From Macrostomum hystrix (lineage: Eukaryota; Animalia; Platyhelminthes), in the NCBI GenBank assembly GCA_950097015.1, contig CATNEN010000033.1, positions 310,001 to 374,000 on the forward strand: a stretch of DNA of 64,000 bases, read 5' to 3'. Position numbers and translations under genes: made by a program. Below the pieces are notes generated by a model. It made no database searches and had not been told where the DNA came from. It saw nothing but the letters and a program-made list of their open reading frames with translations. Below are positions 37,101-49,100 of the stretch, in pieces. Within the stretch, counting starts at the first letter, position 1; the number at the start of each line of letters is the position of its first letter.

Positions 37101-40100
37101 TCATTCTCCCACATCTCAAAGTCTAGTCCCTTCGTTCTCCCACATCTCAAAGTCTAGTCCCTTCATTCTCCCACATCTCAAAGTCTAGTCCCTTCATTCT
37201 CCCACATCTCAAAGTCTATTCCCTTCATTCTCCCACATCTCAAAGTCTAGTCCCTTCATTCTCCCACATCTCATAGTCTAGTCCCTTCATTCTCCCACAT
37301 CTCATAGTCTAGTCCCTTCATTCTCCCACATCTCATAGTCTAGTCCCTTCATTCTCCCACATCTCAAAGTCTAGTCCCTTCATTCTCCCACATCTCAAAG
37401 TCTAGTCCCTTCATTCTCCCACATCTCAAAGTCTAGTCCCTTCATTCTCCCACATCTCAAAGTCTAGTCCCTTCGTTCTCCCACATCTCAAAGTCTATTC
37501 CCTTCATTCTCCCACATCTCAAAGTCTAGTCCCTTCATTCTCCCACATCTCATAGTCTAGTCCCTTCATTCTCCCACATCTCAAAGTCTATTCCCTTCGT
37601 TCTCCCACATCTCAAAGTCTAGTCCCTTCATTCTCCCACATCTCAAAGTCTATTCCCTTCATTCTCCCACATCTCAAAGTCTAGTCCCTTCATTCTCCCA
37701 CATCTCATAGTCTAGTCCCTTCATTCTCCCACATCTCAAAGTCTAGTCCCTTCATTCTCCCACATCTCAAAGTCTATTCCCTTCATTCTCCCGCATCTCA
37801 AAGTCTAGTCCCTTCATTCTCCCACATCTCATAGTCTAGTCCCTTCATTCTCCCACATCTCATAGTCTAGTCCCTTCATTCTCCCACATCTCATAGTCTA
37901 GTCCCTTCATTCTCCCACATCTCAAAGTCTAGTCCCTTCATTCTCCCACATCTCATAGTCTAGTCCCTTCATTCTCCCACATCTCATAGTCTAGTCCCTT
38001 CATTCTCCCACATCTCATAGTCTAGTCCCTTCATTCTCCCACATCTCAAAGTCTAGTCCCTTCATTCTCCCACATCTCAAAGTCTAGTCCCTTCATTCTC
38101 CCACATCTCAAAGTCTATTCCCTTCATTCTCCCACATCTCAAAGTCTAGTCCCTTCATTCTCCCACATCTCAAAGTCTAGTCCCTTCATTCTCCCACATC
38201 TCAAAGTCTATTCCCTTCATTCTCCCACATCTCAAAGTCTAGTCCCTTCATTCTCCCACATCTCATAGTCTAGTCCCTTCATTCTCCCACATCTCAAAGT
38301 CTAGTCCCTTCATTCTCCCACATCTCAAAGTCTATTCCCTTCATTCTCCCGCATCTCAAAGTCTATTCCGTTCATTCTCCCACATCTCAAAGTCTAGTCC
38401 CTTCATTCTCCCACATCTCAAAGTCTAGTCCCTTCATTCTCCCACATCTCAAAGTCTATTCCCTTCATTCTCCCACATCTCAAAGTCTAGTCCCTTCATT
38501 CTCCCACATCTCAAAGTCTATTCCCTTCATTCTCCCACATCTCAAAGTCTAGTCCCTTCATTCTCCCACATCTCAAAGTCTAGTCCCTTCATTCTCCCAC
38601 ATCTCAAAGTCTATTCCCTTCATTCTCCCACATCTCAAAGTCTAGTCCCTTCGTTCTCCCACATCTCAAAGTCTAGTCCCTTCATTCTCCCACATCTCAA
38701 AGTCTATTCCCTTCATTCTCCACATCTCAAAGTCTATTCCCTTCATTCTCCCACATCTCAAAGTCTAGTCCCTTCATTCTCCCACATCTCAAAGTCTAGT
38801 CCCTTCATTCTCCCACATCTCAAAGTCTATTCCCTTCATTCTCCCACATCTCAAAGTCTATTCCCTTCATTCTCCCACATCTCAAAGTCTAGTCCCTTCA
38901 TTCTCCCACATCTCAAAGTCTATTCCCTTCATTCTCCCACATCTCAAAGTCTAGTCCCTTCATTCTCCCACATCTCATAGTCTAGTCCCTTCATTCTCCC
39001 ACATCTCAAAGTCTAGTCCCTTCATTCTCCCACATCTCAAAGTCTATTCCCTTCATTCTCCCGCATCTCAAAGTCTATTCCCTTCATTCTCCCACATCTC
39101 AAAGTCTAGTCCCTTCATTCTCCCACATCTCAAAGTCTAGTCCCTTCATTCTCCCACATCTCAAAGTCTAGTCCCTTCATTCTCCCACATCTCAAAGTCT
39201 ATTCCCTTCATTCTCCCACATCTCAAAGTCTATTCCCTTCATTCTCCCACATCTCAAAGTCTATTCCCTTCATTCTCCCACATCTCAAAGTCTAGTCCCT
39301 TCATTCTCCCACATCTCAAAGTCTAGTCCCTTCATTCTCCCACATCTCAAAGTCTATTCCCTTCATTCTCCCACATCTCAAAGTCTAGTCCCTTCGTTCT
39401 CCCACATCTCAAAGTCTAGTCCCTTCATTCTCCCACATCTCAAAGTCTATTCCCTTCATTCTCCCACATCTCAAAGTCTATTCCCTTCATTCTCCCACAT
39501 CTCAAAGTCTAGTCCCGTCATTCTCCCACATCTCAAAGTCTAGTCCCTTCATTCTCCCACATCTCAAAGTCTATTCCCTTCATTCTCCCACATCTCAAAG
39601 TCTAGTCCCTTCATTCTCCCACATCTCAAAGTCTAGTCCCTTCATTCTCCCACATCTCAAAGTCTATTCCCTTCATTCTCCCACATCTCAAAGTCTAGTC
39701 CCTTCATTCTCCCACATCTCAAAGTCTAGTCCCTTCATTCTCCCACATCTCAAAGTCTAGTCCCTTCATTCTCCCACATCTCAAAGTCTAGTCCCTTCAT
39801 TCTCCCACATCTCAAAGTCTAGTCCCTTCATTCTCCCACATCTCAAAGTCTATTCCCTTCATTGTCCCACATCTCAAAGTCTAGTCCCTTCATTCTCCCG
39901 CATCTCAAAGTCTAGTCCCTCCCATATCTGGATCCTCTGTCCTGCCAGATCGTGCATTCCCATCTCGCAACTTTTGTGTCAGGCCCTGATAGCTCCGAGC
40001 AACTCAATTTTGGCCTCTTTGTCAAACTCCCATTAACTCTAGTGGCCTTCGTAATTTGGTCAAACTTCCTTAGTAAAGAATTTTTTAACTTCGTTCCGGG

Positions 40101-43100
40101 CTCCAGCTAGTTGATCAGTGCTGAGCTCTCTCTGGGTGGACAGAAAGATCGGCTGTTATTGAAGGTTTTATCGACACTTAAGCCATTTTACACTGAATGT
40201 ACTTTCAATAGAAGTTCTTTTATTTATAGAAAGGATATTGCAGAAAAATTCTGCTTCGATTCCCTACTCCACAGAAATCTCAGCCATCGCAACTAGCCCA
40301 CGCTCTAATCGCAGTGTTTTTGCTTTAGTTAGAGTTTTTGAATTCGTGCGGTTAACTAAGTTTTTTTGCGGGGTCGTTATTCTAGTCTCATTCCAAGAAT
40401 TTCAGAAAGCAAGTTTCTATAATTAGTTTAAAATAGCTTATGTAGGAAGTGGGAATGAAATGTGGCAAGTAGGAGTGAAATATGGCATGCAGGAGTGAAA
40501 TGTGGCAAGCAGGAGTGAAATGTGGCAAGTAGGAGTGAAATATGGCATGCAGGAGTGAAATGTGGCAAGCAGGAGTGAAATGTGGCAAGCAGGAGTGAAA
40601 TGTGGCAAGTAGGAGTGAAATGTGGCAAGTAGGAGTGAAATGTGGCAAATAGGAGTGAAATGTGGCAAGTAGGAGTGAAATGGGGCAAATAGGAGTGAAA
40701 TGGGGCAAGTAGGAGTGAAATGTGGCAAGCAGGAGTGAAATGTGGCAAGTAGGAGTGAAATGGGGCAAATAGGAGTGAAATGTGGCAAGCAGGAGTGAAA
40801 TGTGGCAAGTAGGAGTGAAATGGGGCAAATAGGAGTGAAATGGGGCAAGTAGGAGTGAAATGTGGCAAGCAGGAGTGAAATGTGGCAAGTAGGAGTGAAA
40901 TGGGGCAAATAGGAGTGAAATGTGGCAAGTAGGAGTGAAATGTGGCAAATAGGAGTGAAATGGGGCAAATAGGAGTGAAATGGGGCAAATAGGAGTGAAA
41001 TGGGGCAAATAGGAGTGAAATGTGGCAAGTAGAAGCGAAATGTGGCAAGTAGGAGTGAAATGGGGCAAATAGGAGTGAAATGGGGCAAATAGGAGTGAAA
41101 TGTGGCAAGTAGGAGTGAAATGTGGCAAGCAGGAGTGAAATGTGGCAAGCAGGAGTGAATTGTTTAAATTTAGAGTCAAATGTGGGAAGTGGGAAAAGTG
41201 AAAGTAGGATTTTATTCTTAGCCCGCATTCTGAGCTTGATTGAGATTGGATTGCTCAAATCAAGCTGAGATTGCCCGTCTGTGTTTTAGCGTCCCCCTTT
41301 GTCTTAATTATCGAATCTTTTCTCTCCTTTCTTCTGGCATTTGTTCAGTCTCCAAAGGAATGCAGACGCTAAACATTGTCAAAAAATGATTTCGACTATC
41401 TCGTCCATTGTTGTGCTTAATTTTTCTTTAAACCGTTGTTCATAACTAGCCAACTATAATAGCTAAGAGAGTGGCGTCTTATTTCTAATGAGATTTCAAG
41501 GATGATTTCCTTGATCATTTGAAAATTCTGGCACGCAATTCATGGCTTGAAAAAGCGGAATCTAATCCCCACTTTTTGTATATTCGATCGCTGCTTGTCT
41601 GATTCTGGGACAACAGCATGCAACACCAGGATTCGTAAAATGAGACTCAAGAGTCTGACGGGCTTGACGACGAGAACAGCTCTTTTGAGTTCTTTTGGAT
41701 TCCTATGATTTTCGATTAATTAATTTCCTTTGCAGTTTTAACCCTTGTCTGTCCCCGAGACACCCCTGTCTGTCCCCGAGACACCCCCTGTCTGTCCCCG
41801 AGACACCCCCTGTCTGTCCCCGAGACACCCCCTGTCTGTCCCCGAGACACCCCCTGTCTGTCCCCGAGACCCCTCTGTCTGTCCCCGAGACCCCCTCTGT
41901 CTGTCCCCGAGACACCCTGTCTGTCCCCGAGACACCCTGTCTGTCCCCGAGACCCCTCTGTCTGTCCCCGAGACCCCCTCTGTCTGTCCCCGAGACACCC
42001 TGTCTGTCCCCGAGACACCCTGTCTGTCCCCGAGACCCCTCTGTCTGTCCCCGAGACACCCTGTCTGTCCCCGAGACCCCTCTGTCTGTCCCCGAGACAC
42101 CCTGTCTGTCCCCGAGACCCCCTCTGTCTGTCCCCGAGACCCCCTCTGTCTGTCCCCGAGACCCCTCTGTCTGTCCCCGAGACACCCTGTCTGTCCCCGA
42201 GACCCCTCAATCTGTCCTTCTGACTCCCTCAATCTCTCCTTCTGACTCCCTCAATCTGTCCTTCTGACTCCCTCAATCTCTCCTTCTGACTCCCTCAATC
42301 TGTCCTTCTGACTCCCTCTCTCTGTTAACCCACTGTCAAGTGTCAGTTTCATTAACGGCTCCTTAATTTTCGCACTGTACAGCAGTCAATCCTATTGATT
42401 ATAACTTTAATGCTTTCAGAGTGCAAGAGGTTCTTAAATTATGGTGAAAGCAACGGGTCTGTTGTTGTTGCCTATTGTAGTATTCTCTGCAGGTCGCAAT
42501 TAAAAGCACTTACCTGTTGATTTGAAGATAAAAGCTGCAAATCAAGCCTGCAATAGATGCAACATAGTCCTAGAAAGGAAAATGCTGGCTTGTGTCCAAG
42601 GGAAGCTTCAAATTGCTACTCTGCACTGCTCACTCGTAAGGCGGAAAGCTCTTATTTTGGTCGCCCTTAAAAAATCCTCGTCTGTTCTTGACCTCTTTCA
42701 TCCTCTCTTTCATGCTTTAATACTTTTCTCGGAAATTTTTTTCTAAACCAGTTTTTTTCTTTGCGACTAAACGCCTTGTTTTGCAACGGTTAGTGCTTAA
42801 ATTAAAAAACAATTATTGATAAGTTCTAATGTGCTTGCATTCATTGTTCGTTTGGCTGCTGATGAGGGAGTAAGAGAATGCGACAATGAGAGAGAGGGGG
42901 AGAAGTAGAGAGAGAGAGGGAGAGAGAGGGAGAAGGAGAGAGAGGGAGAAGGAGAGAGAGGGAGAAGTAGAGAGAGAGAGGGAGAAGTAGAGAGAGAGAG
43001 GGAGAAGTAGAGAGAGAGAGGGAGAAGTAGAGAGAGAGAAGGAGAGAGAGGGAGAAGGAGAGAGAGGGAGCAAAAGCAGAGAAAAAGCAAAAGAGAGAAA

Positions 43101-46100
43101 AAGCAGATTTTACAAATGTAATCATAGCGCGGCGCAGTCAGCTTCTAGCTAGATTCAGGTCGTGTAAGTACAATCGTAGAAACCCGTCCAACAATGATGA
43201 AATGTGATAAAATTAGGTCTAGAGAGAGACCGTGTAAGTGCGAATGAGAAAAGCTGCAACACAAGCCAAACAGCGACCTCGGAGAGGAAACTCTGCTTCC
43301 GTGCTCAAGTTCGCTTTCGGAATGGCAGTTGGAGCGAAAAGTTCTCGAACGGATAAGGGGCGGCGCCTGATATTAGATGTGCGCAGAAAGAATTGGATCT
43401 GGGGCTGGGATGTTTGGCGTATGGCTGTGCTGACACGGGCAAGACCAGTGTCGAATTCCCACACTGATCTTCTACTCGGGATCAAACTATGAGACAGAGA
43501 AACGGCGAGAAAGAGTAAGTGAATGTAAAATTGTGGAAGAAATAGCACGCTTTCCAATGACCCCCCAGCTGACAAAATATCCCCTCTGCTGACAAATGAT
43601 CCCTCAGCTGACAAAATATCCCCTCAGCTGACAAATGATCCCTCAGCTAGCATATGACCTCTTCTCAGCTAGCATATGACCTCTTTTCAGCTGGCATATG
43701 ATCACTCAGCTGGCATATGACCTCTTCTCAGCTAGCATATGACCACTTCTCAGCTAGCATATGACCTCTTCTCAGCTAGCATATGACCTCTTCTCAGCTA
43801 GCATATGACCTCTTCTCAGCTAGCATATGACCACTTCTCAGCTAGCATATGACCTCTTCTCAGCTAGCATATGACCTCTTCTCAGCTAGCATATGACCAC
43901 TTCTCAGCTAGCATATGACCTCTTCTCGGCTAGCATATGACCTCTTCTCAGCTAGCATATGACCTCTTCTCAGCTAGCATATGACCTCTTCTCAGCTAGC
44001 ATATGACCATCTTCTCAGCTAGCATATGACCTCTTCTCGGCTAGCATATGACCTCTTCTCAGCTAGCATATGACCACTTCTCAGCTAGCATATGACCTCT
44101 TCTCAGCTAGCATATGACCATCTTCTCAGCTAGCATATGACCTCTTCTCAGCTAGCATATGACCTCTTCTCAGCTAGCATATGACCACTTCTCAGCTAGC
44201 ATATGACCTCTTCTCGGCTAGCATATGACCTCTTCTCAGCTAGCATATGACCTCTTCTCAGCTAGCATATGACCTCTTCTCAGCTGGCATATGACCTCTT
44301 CTCAGCTAGCATATGACCTCTTCTCAGCTGGCATATGACCTCTTCTCGGCTAGCATATGACTTCTTCTCAGCTAGCATATGACCTCTTCTCAGCTAGCAT
44401 AATGTCCCTCAGCTGGCATATGTGACCTATGACAAAAAGACAAAATATGAGAAACATTTTTTGTTATTTAGAATAAATTGTTAGTTATTCGTTAGTTATT
44501 AATTTTAAAGATTTAGAAATGCGCAAAAATACTTGTTGACAAAGTCTCGCAGATTTTTTTCACTAGCAATCCAGGGGCGGTATTGTAGTGTGAAAAACAT
44601 AATTTAGTTAACAATTTTTGTAGTGGATTTTTTTTTCAACTGGATTTGAAAAGACCGTTTTTCCCCTGCGCCGAGGATAAACGACGTCAAAGTAGAGTTC
44701 TATCTTACATTTTATAGTGCTTGCATGCTTGACGTATTTGGTTAGAAATAAAACTAATCAGTAACCATAGTAACGAAAACTAGCTTTGGCTGTCAATCAA
44801 TTTCTCTCCATATCTATCAGTACAATGCTCTTAAAAAACGAAAAAAAATATTGTCTAGTGCAGCAGCCACGAGTGCAAATCAAACATGGCGTAATGATTT
44901 TTGCTTTTTAAAAGCATTGCTTTAAAAAAGATTAAAGAACTGCTGCAACTGTCGCCGCAGTCTTGTAGAGGAAAATAACTCTTGGAGTCTCGAGACCCCT
45001 GAATAGAACTGCTATTCCGCTAGCCAGCTCAATGTACGATGTATTCAGACTGCCGTTTTTATTCACTCACGAACTCACTTATGAACTCACTCATGAACTC
45101 ACTACTGAACTCACTTATGAACTCACTCATGAACTCACTCATGAACTCACTAATGAACTCACTCATGAACTCACTTATGAACTCACTCACGAACTCACTC
45201 ATGAACTCACTCATGAACTCACTCATGAACTCACTAATGAACTCACTCATGAACTCACTAATGAACTCACTAATGAACTCACTCATGAACTCACTAATGA
45301 ACTCACTCATGAACTCACTGACGAACTCACTGACGAACTCACTAACTCACTCATGAACTCACTCATGAACTCACTCATGAACTCACTCATGAACTCACTC
45401 ATGAACTCACTCACAAACTCACTCATGAACTCACTAATGAACTCACTCATGAACTCACTTATGAACTCACTCACGAACTCACTGACGAACTCACTGACGA
45501 ACTCACAAACTCACTCATGAACCCACTAATGAACTCACTCATGAACTCACTTATGAACTCACTCACGAACTCACTGACGAACTCACTGACGAACTCACAA
45601 ACTCACTCATGAACTCACTAATGAACTCACTCATGAACTCACTTATGAACACACTCACGAACTCACTGACAAGCTCACAAACTCACTCATGAACTCGTGG
45701 CTCTTCCAAAAGCTGTGTACACTTGTTCAGTCATTGGACTGAAGGCCGCCACGTTCACCAAAATTTCTAACCCAACTGATGCCGAGACACAAGAGAATTA
45801 GGTGTCCTACTCAATTACGCAGAATAATTCCCTCAATTAGGCTGAGATTCGAACCCCTGAACTCTGTGTAAGAAATTCGAACCTGATGCACCTAAATCCC
45901 GCACCCACAGAGTGCTTCCAATCGTCCGAGTGGGCGCTTACATTGTGCGGCCTTGGTCCGGACTGGGCCTCCTTGGCTCAGGCGGCCAGGGCTGCCGATG
46001 GTCCCGACGCCTGGTCTGCCACCGCGACCCCGGCAGCGGCAACCGTCGCCACCGCCGCCCCCGCCGCCGCAGCGGCCGGTGCCACCGCTGCAGCCTCGGC

Positions 46101-49100
46101 CACCGCCGACTGCGGCCACCGCGAGCTGTCAGGCCACACAGTCGAATGCGCCGCCCGCCAGCTGGCCGAATCAGCAGACGCCGACGATGCGATTGACGAT
46201 GCGGCGCGTCTGCCGGCCCGTCTGCTGCTCGACTCGAATGTCAACAACGGCGGCGGCGGCAGTGGCAACGGAAGCGGCAACGGAAGCGGCGAAGGCGGAG
46301 GCGCCAACAATGAGCTGCTCCAGAAGCTTGAGAAGCTGCGCCAGTGCCTGGCGGTGACTTACTCACCGGCCAGCGCCAGCCAGTTCACCTGCCACCAGCC
46401 GGCGGAGACGCCGAGCCGCATCACCGAAATCCTGCTGGGCTGGCGCCGCTCCGCCGAAGCGGCGGCTGCTGCGGCCGCCGCCGCTGCCGAAGCCGCCCTG
46501 CCGACGTCGCACGCCGCCGAATTTTCGATCCGCCTGAGCGCTGCCACTGCAGCCGCCGTTGCCACGGCCGGCGCCGGCGCAGATGCCGACTCCAGCAGCG
46601 CCGCTGACTCTCCGCTGACCGGAGCCTGCGCTGTCTACCAAGGCCTGGACAGCGCCCTGCACCCGCTGGGCGGGCCGCACGCTCTTCTCCTAGCCTTCGC
46701 CCACACAGTCGGCTGCTGTGACGCCGAGTCCGCTCAGACCGACGCTCTTGACCTACTGCTCACCGCAGTTCGCCGCTCGCCGGCTCTCGGCGCCGCCTTC
46801 AACCGGTCAGCCGGCTTTGCCATGCTGGCCCGAGTCCTGGCGCATCCGCGCTGCCAGCTGCGCCGGCGCGGCCTCGCCCTGCTATTGAACGCCGCGGCCA
46901 GCGAGACGGTGGCCCTGCCCGACTGCGGTGGCGCCGTTGTCTCCGGCCACTCCGCCATGCTCCGCTGTCCGCCACTGGTGCGCGATGTCCTGCTGTGCTG
47001 GGACCTGTGGGACCGGCTCTCCGACGACCTGCTCGACCTGCTTCTGGACGGCCTGCTGAGCTTCCTGGCCACGACCAATCCACACCGCCTGCTGAATGCC
47101 AACCAGCTGCAACGGCTGGGCACCGTGCGCTCGCTCCTGTTCGCCTGCGCCGATCGCGTCATCTCCGGCGGCATCGGCGGCGGTGTCTTAGGCGGCGGCG
47201 GCAGCGGAGGCGGCGGCGCTGTCGGCCGTCTGCCCTCCGGCCGAGCCGTCGACAGGCTGGCCGCCCTCCTGTCCGGCTGCATCGGCCGGCCTGCCAGCCT
47301 GCCGGACCTGGCCTGCCTGTGCGACTGCGTCCTGCTGCTGCACCCGCCAGCCAGCACCTACGTGTGCTTCGACTCGAACAAATTCTACTTCAGCCTGAGG
47401 CCTTGTGAGTCACTGCCCGATGCCCTGCTGTTCATTGAGATTTATTGATTAGAGATCTGAGTCTGTTGCTGTCTGTTTCTGCTGCTGCTGTTGCTACTAA
47501 TTTCTGATTTAGCACAGCTGTCGCCCATCTCTCGCTAATCTCATTTTGTCGGCTCTGCGCGTGTGCCAGCTGTGGGGTGGGGCGCTGTGTTCGGCCGATA
47601 GAAACAAAATTGACGCAAAGTAATCGAATCATCGGAACATGCTGTTTCATACGTGTGCTCGCACTTTACCGCTCTAGACTGTGCACTATTGCAGTAAGCG
47701 GCCATTGCTTAGAGTCACCCCAATAGATAATGTCAGCGAGTTCTACCCACATAAACACTAGTTGTATTCTTTCACATTTTTCTATACATATCGGCTGACA
47801 TTGCTAATAAGGTAAAGCTCTGTCAATACTACGGAATCCAATATAAGGGCCTAATATTCGATATTATTTATTATGATATTGTGAAACTTTGCCTTCATAT
47901 CCCAGTTGGCAAAACTATTTCCCATTCCTTAATGATTCCCCCAGTATGGAGATTATCCTAATAATCCCCGTGTTAATCTCGCTGTACTCCATCTATTACA
48001 ATGCCTCTCCCTTTTGTCTCGATACGTTGGTCTCTTCTCGGCCTCTCAAGAAATTTTGGGCATAATAGTAATGTCAGTTTGCAGAAACTTTTTCATGCAC
48101 AAAAGCAGAATTATTCTCTTATTTGTGTGTTTGTTTTTTGTAAGTTAAGCTTGTTGCTGTTCTAGTTGTATCCTTTTCCCCATATTTAAAAGGTTTCGGT
48201 GTCTTCTATTTTTTATATTAGATACTTACTAGCTCTGCTACTTTTGTTTTCGAACAATATTTTTAGGCCACCGAAAAAGCACTGAGTAGAACTAATACTT
48301 TTGTGTTTTCCTCTCCGAATACTGTTCTAAACTCGTAGGTATTTGAATTACAAACTATTCTTTTATGTCAGACGTCATCCCTTATAACGTCATTAGTTTC
48401 ATCCTCAATGATGTCATTAGTGCCATCCTCAATGACGTCATTAGTGCCATCCTCAATGACGTCGTTAGTGCCATCCTCAATGACGTCATTAGTATCATCC
48501 TCAATGACGTCATTAGTGCCATCCTCAATGACGTCATTAGTATCATCCTCAATGACATCATTAGTATCATCCTCAATGACGTCATTAGTTTCATCCTCAA
48601 TGACGTCATTAGTTTCATCCTCAATGATGTCATTAGTTTCATCCTCAATGACGTCATTAGTTTCATCCTCAATGATGTCATTAGTGCCATCCTCAATGAC
48701 GTCATTAGTATCATCCTTAATGACGTCATTAGTGCCATCCTCAATGACGTCATTAGTGCCATCCTCAATGACGTCATTAGTGTCATCCTCAATGACGTCA
48801 TTAGTGTCATCCTCAATGACGTCATCAGTGCCATCCTTAATGACGTCATTTAGTGTCATCCTTAATGACGCCATTAGTATCATCCTCAATGACGTCATTA
48901 GTGCCATCCTTAATGACGTCATTAGTGCCATCCCTAATGACGTCATTTAGTGTCATCCTTAATGACGCCATTTAGTGCCATCCATATTGTCATTACCTCC
49001 TAATAACATTAAGTTAGGTAATAAGTTAGGTAGAGGTAATAGTCTAATCCTCTATTGACATCATTAGTGACTAAGTATTTTTTGCGCGCAGATAATTTCA

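Noticed and set aside
43300-43470. + strand peptide VRFRNGSWSEKFS...GKTSVEFP, reminiscent of VPS13 repeats
   Set aside because: In-frame TAA in the middle and no other supporting exons.
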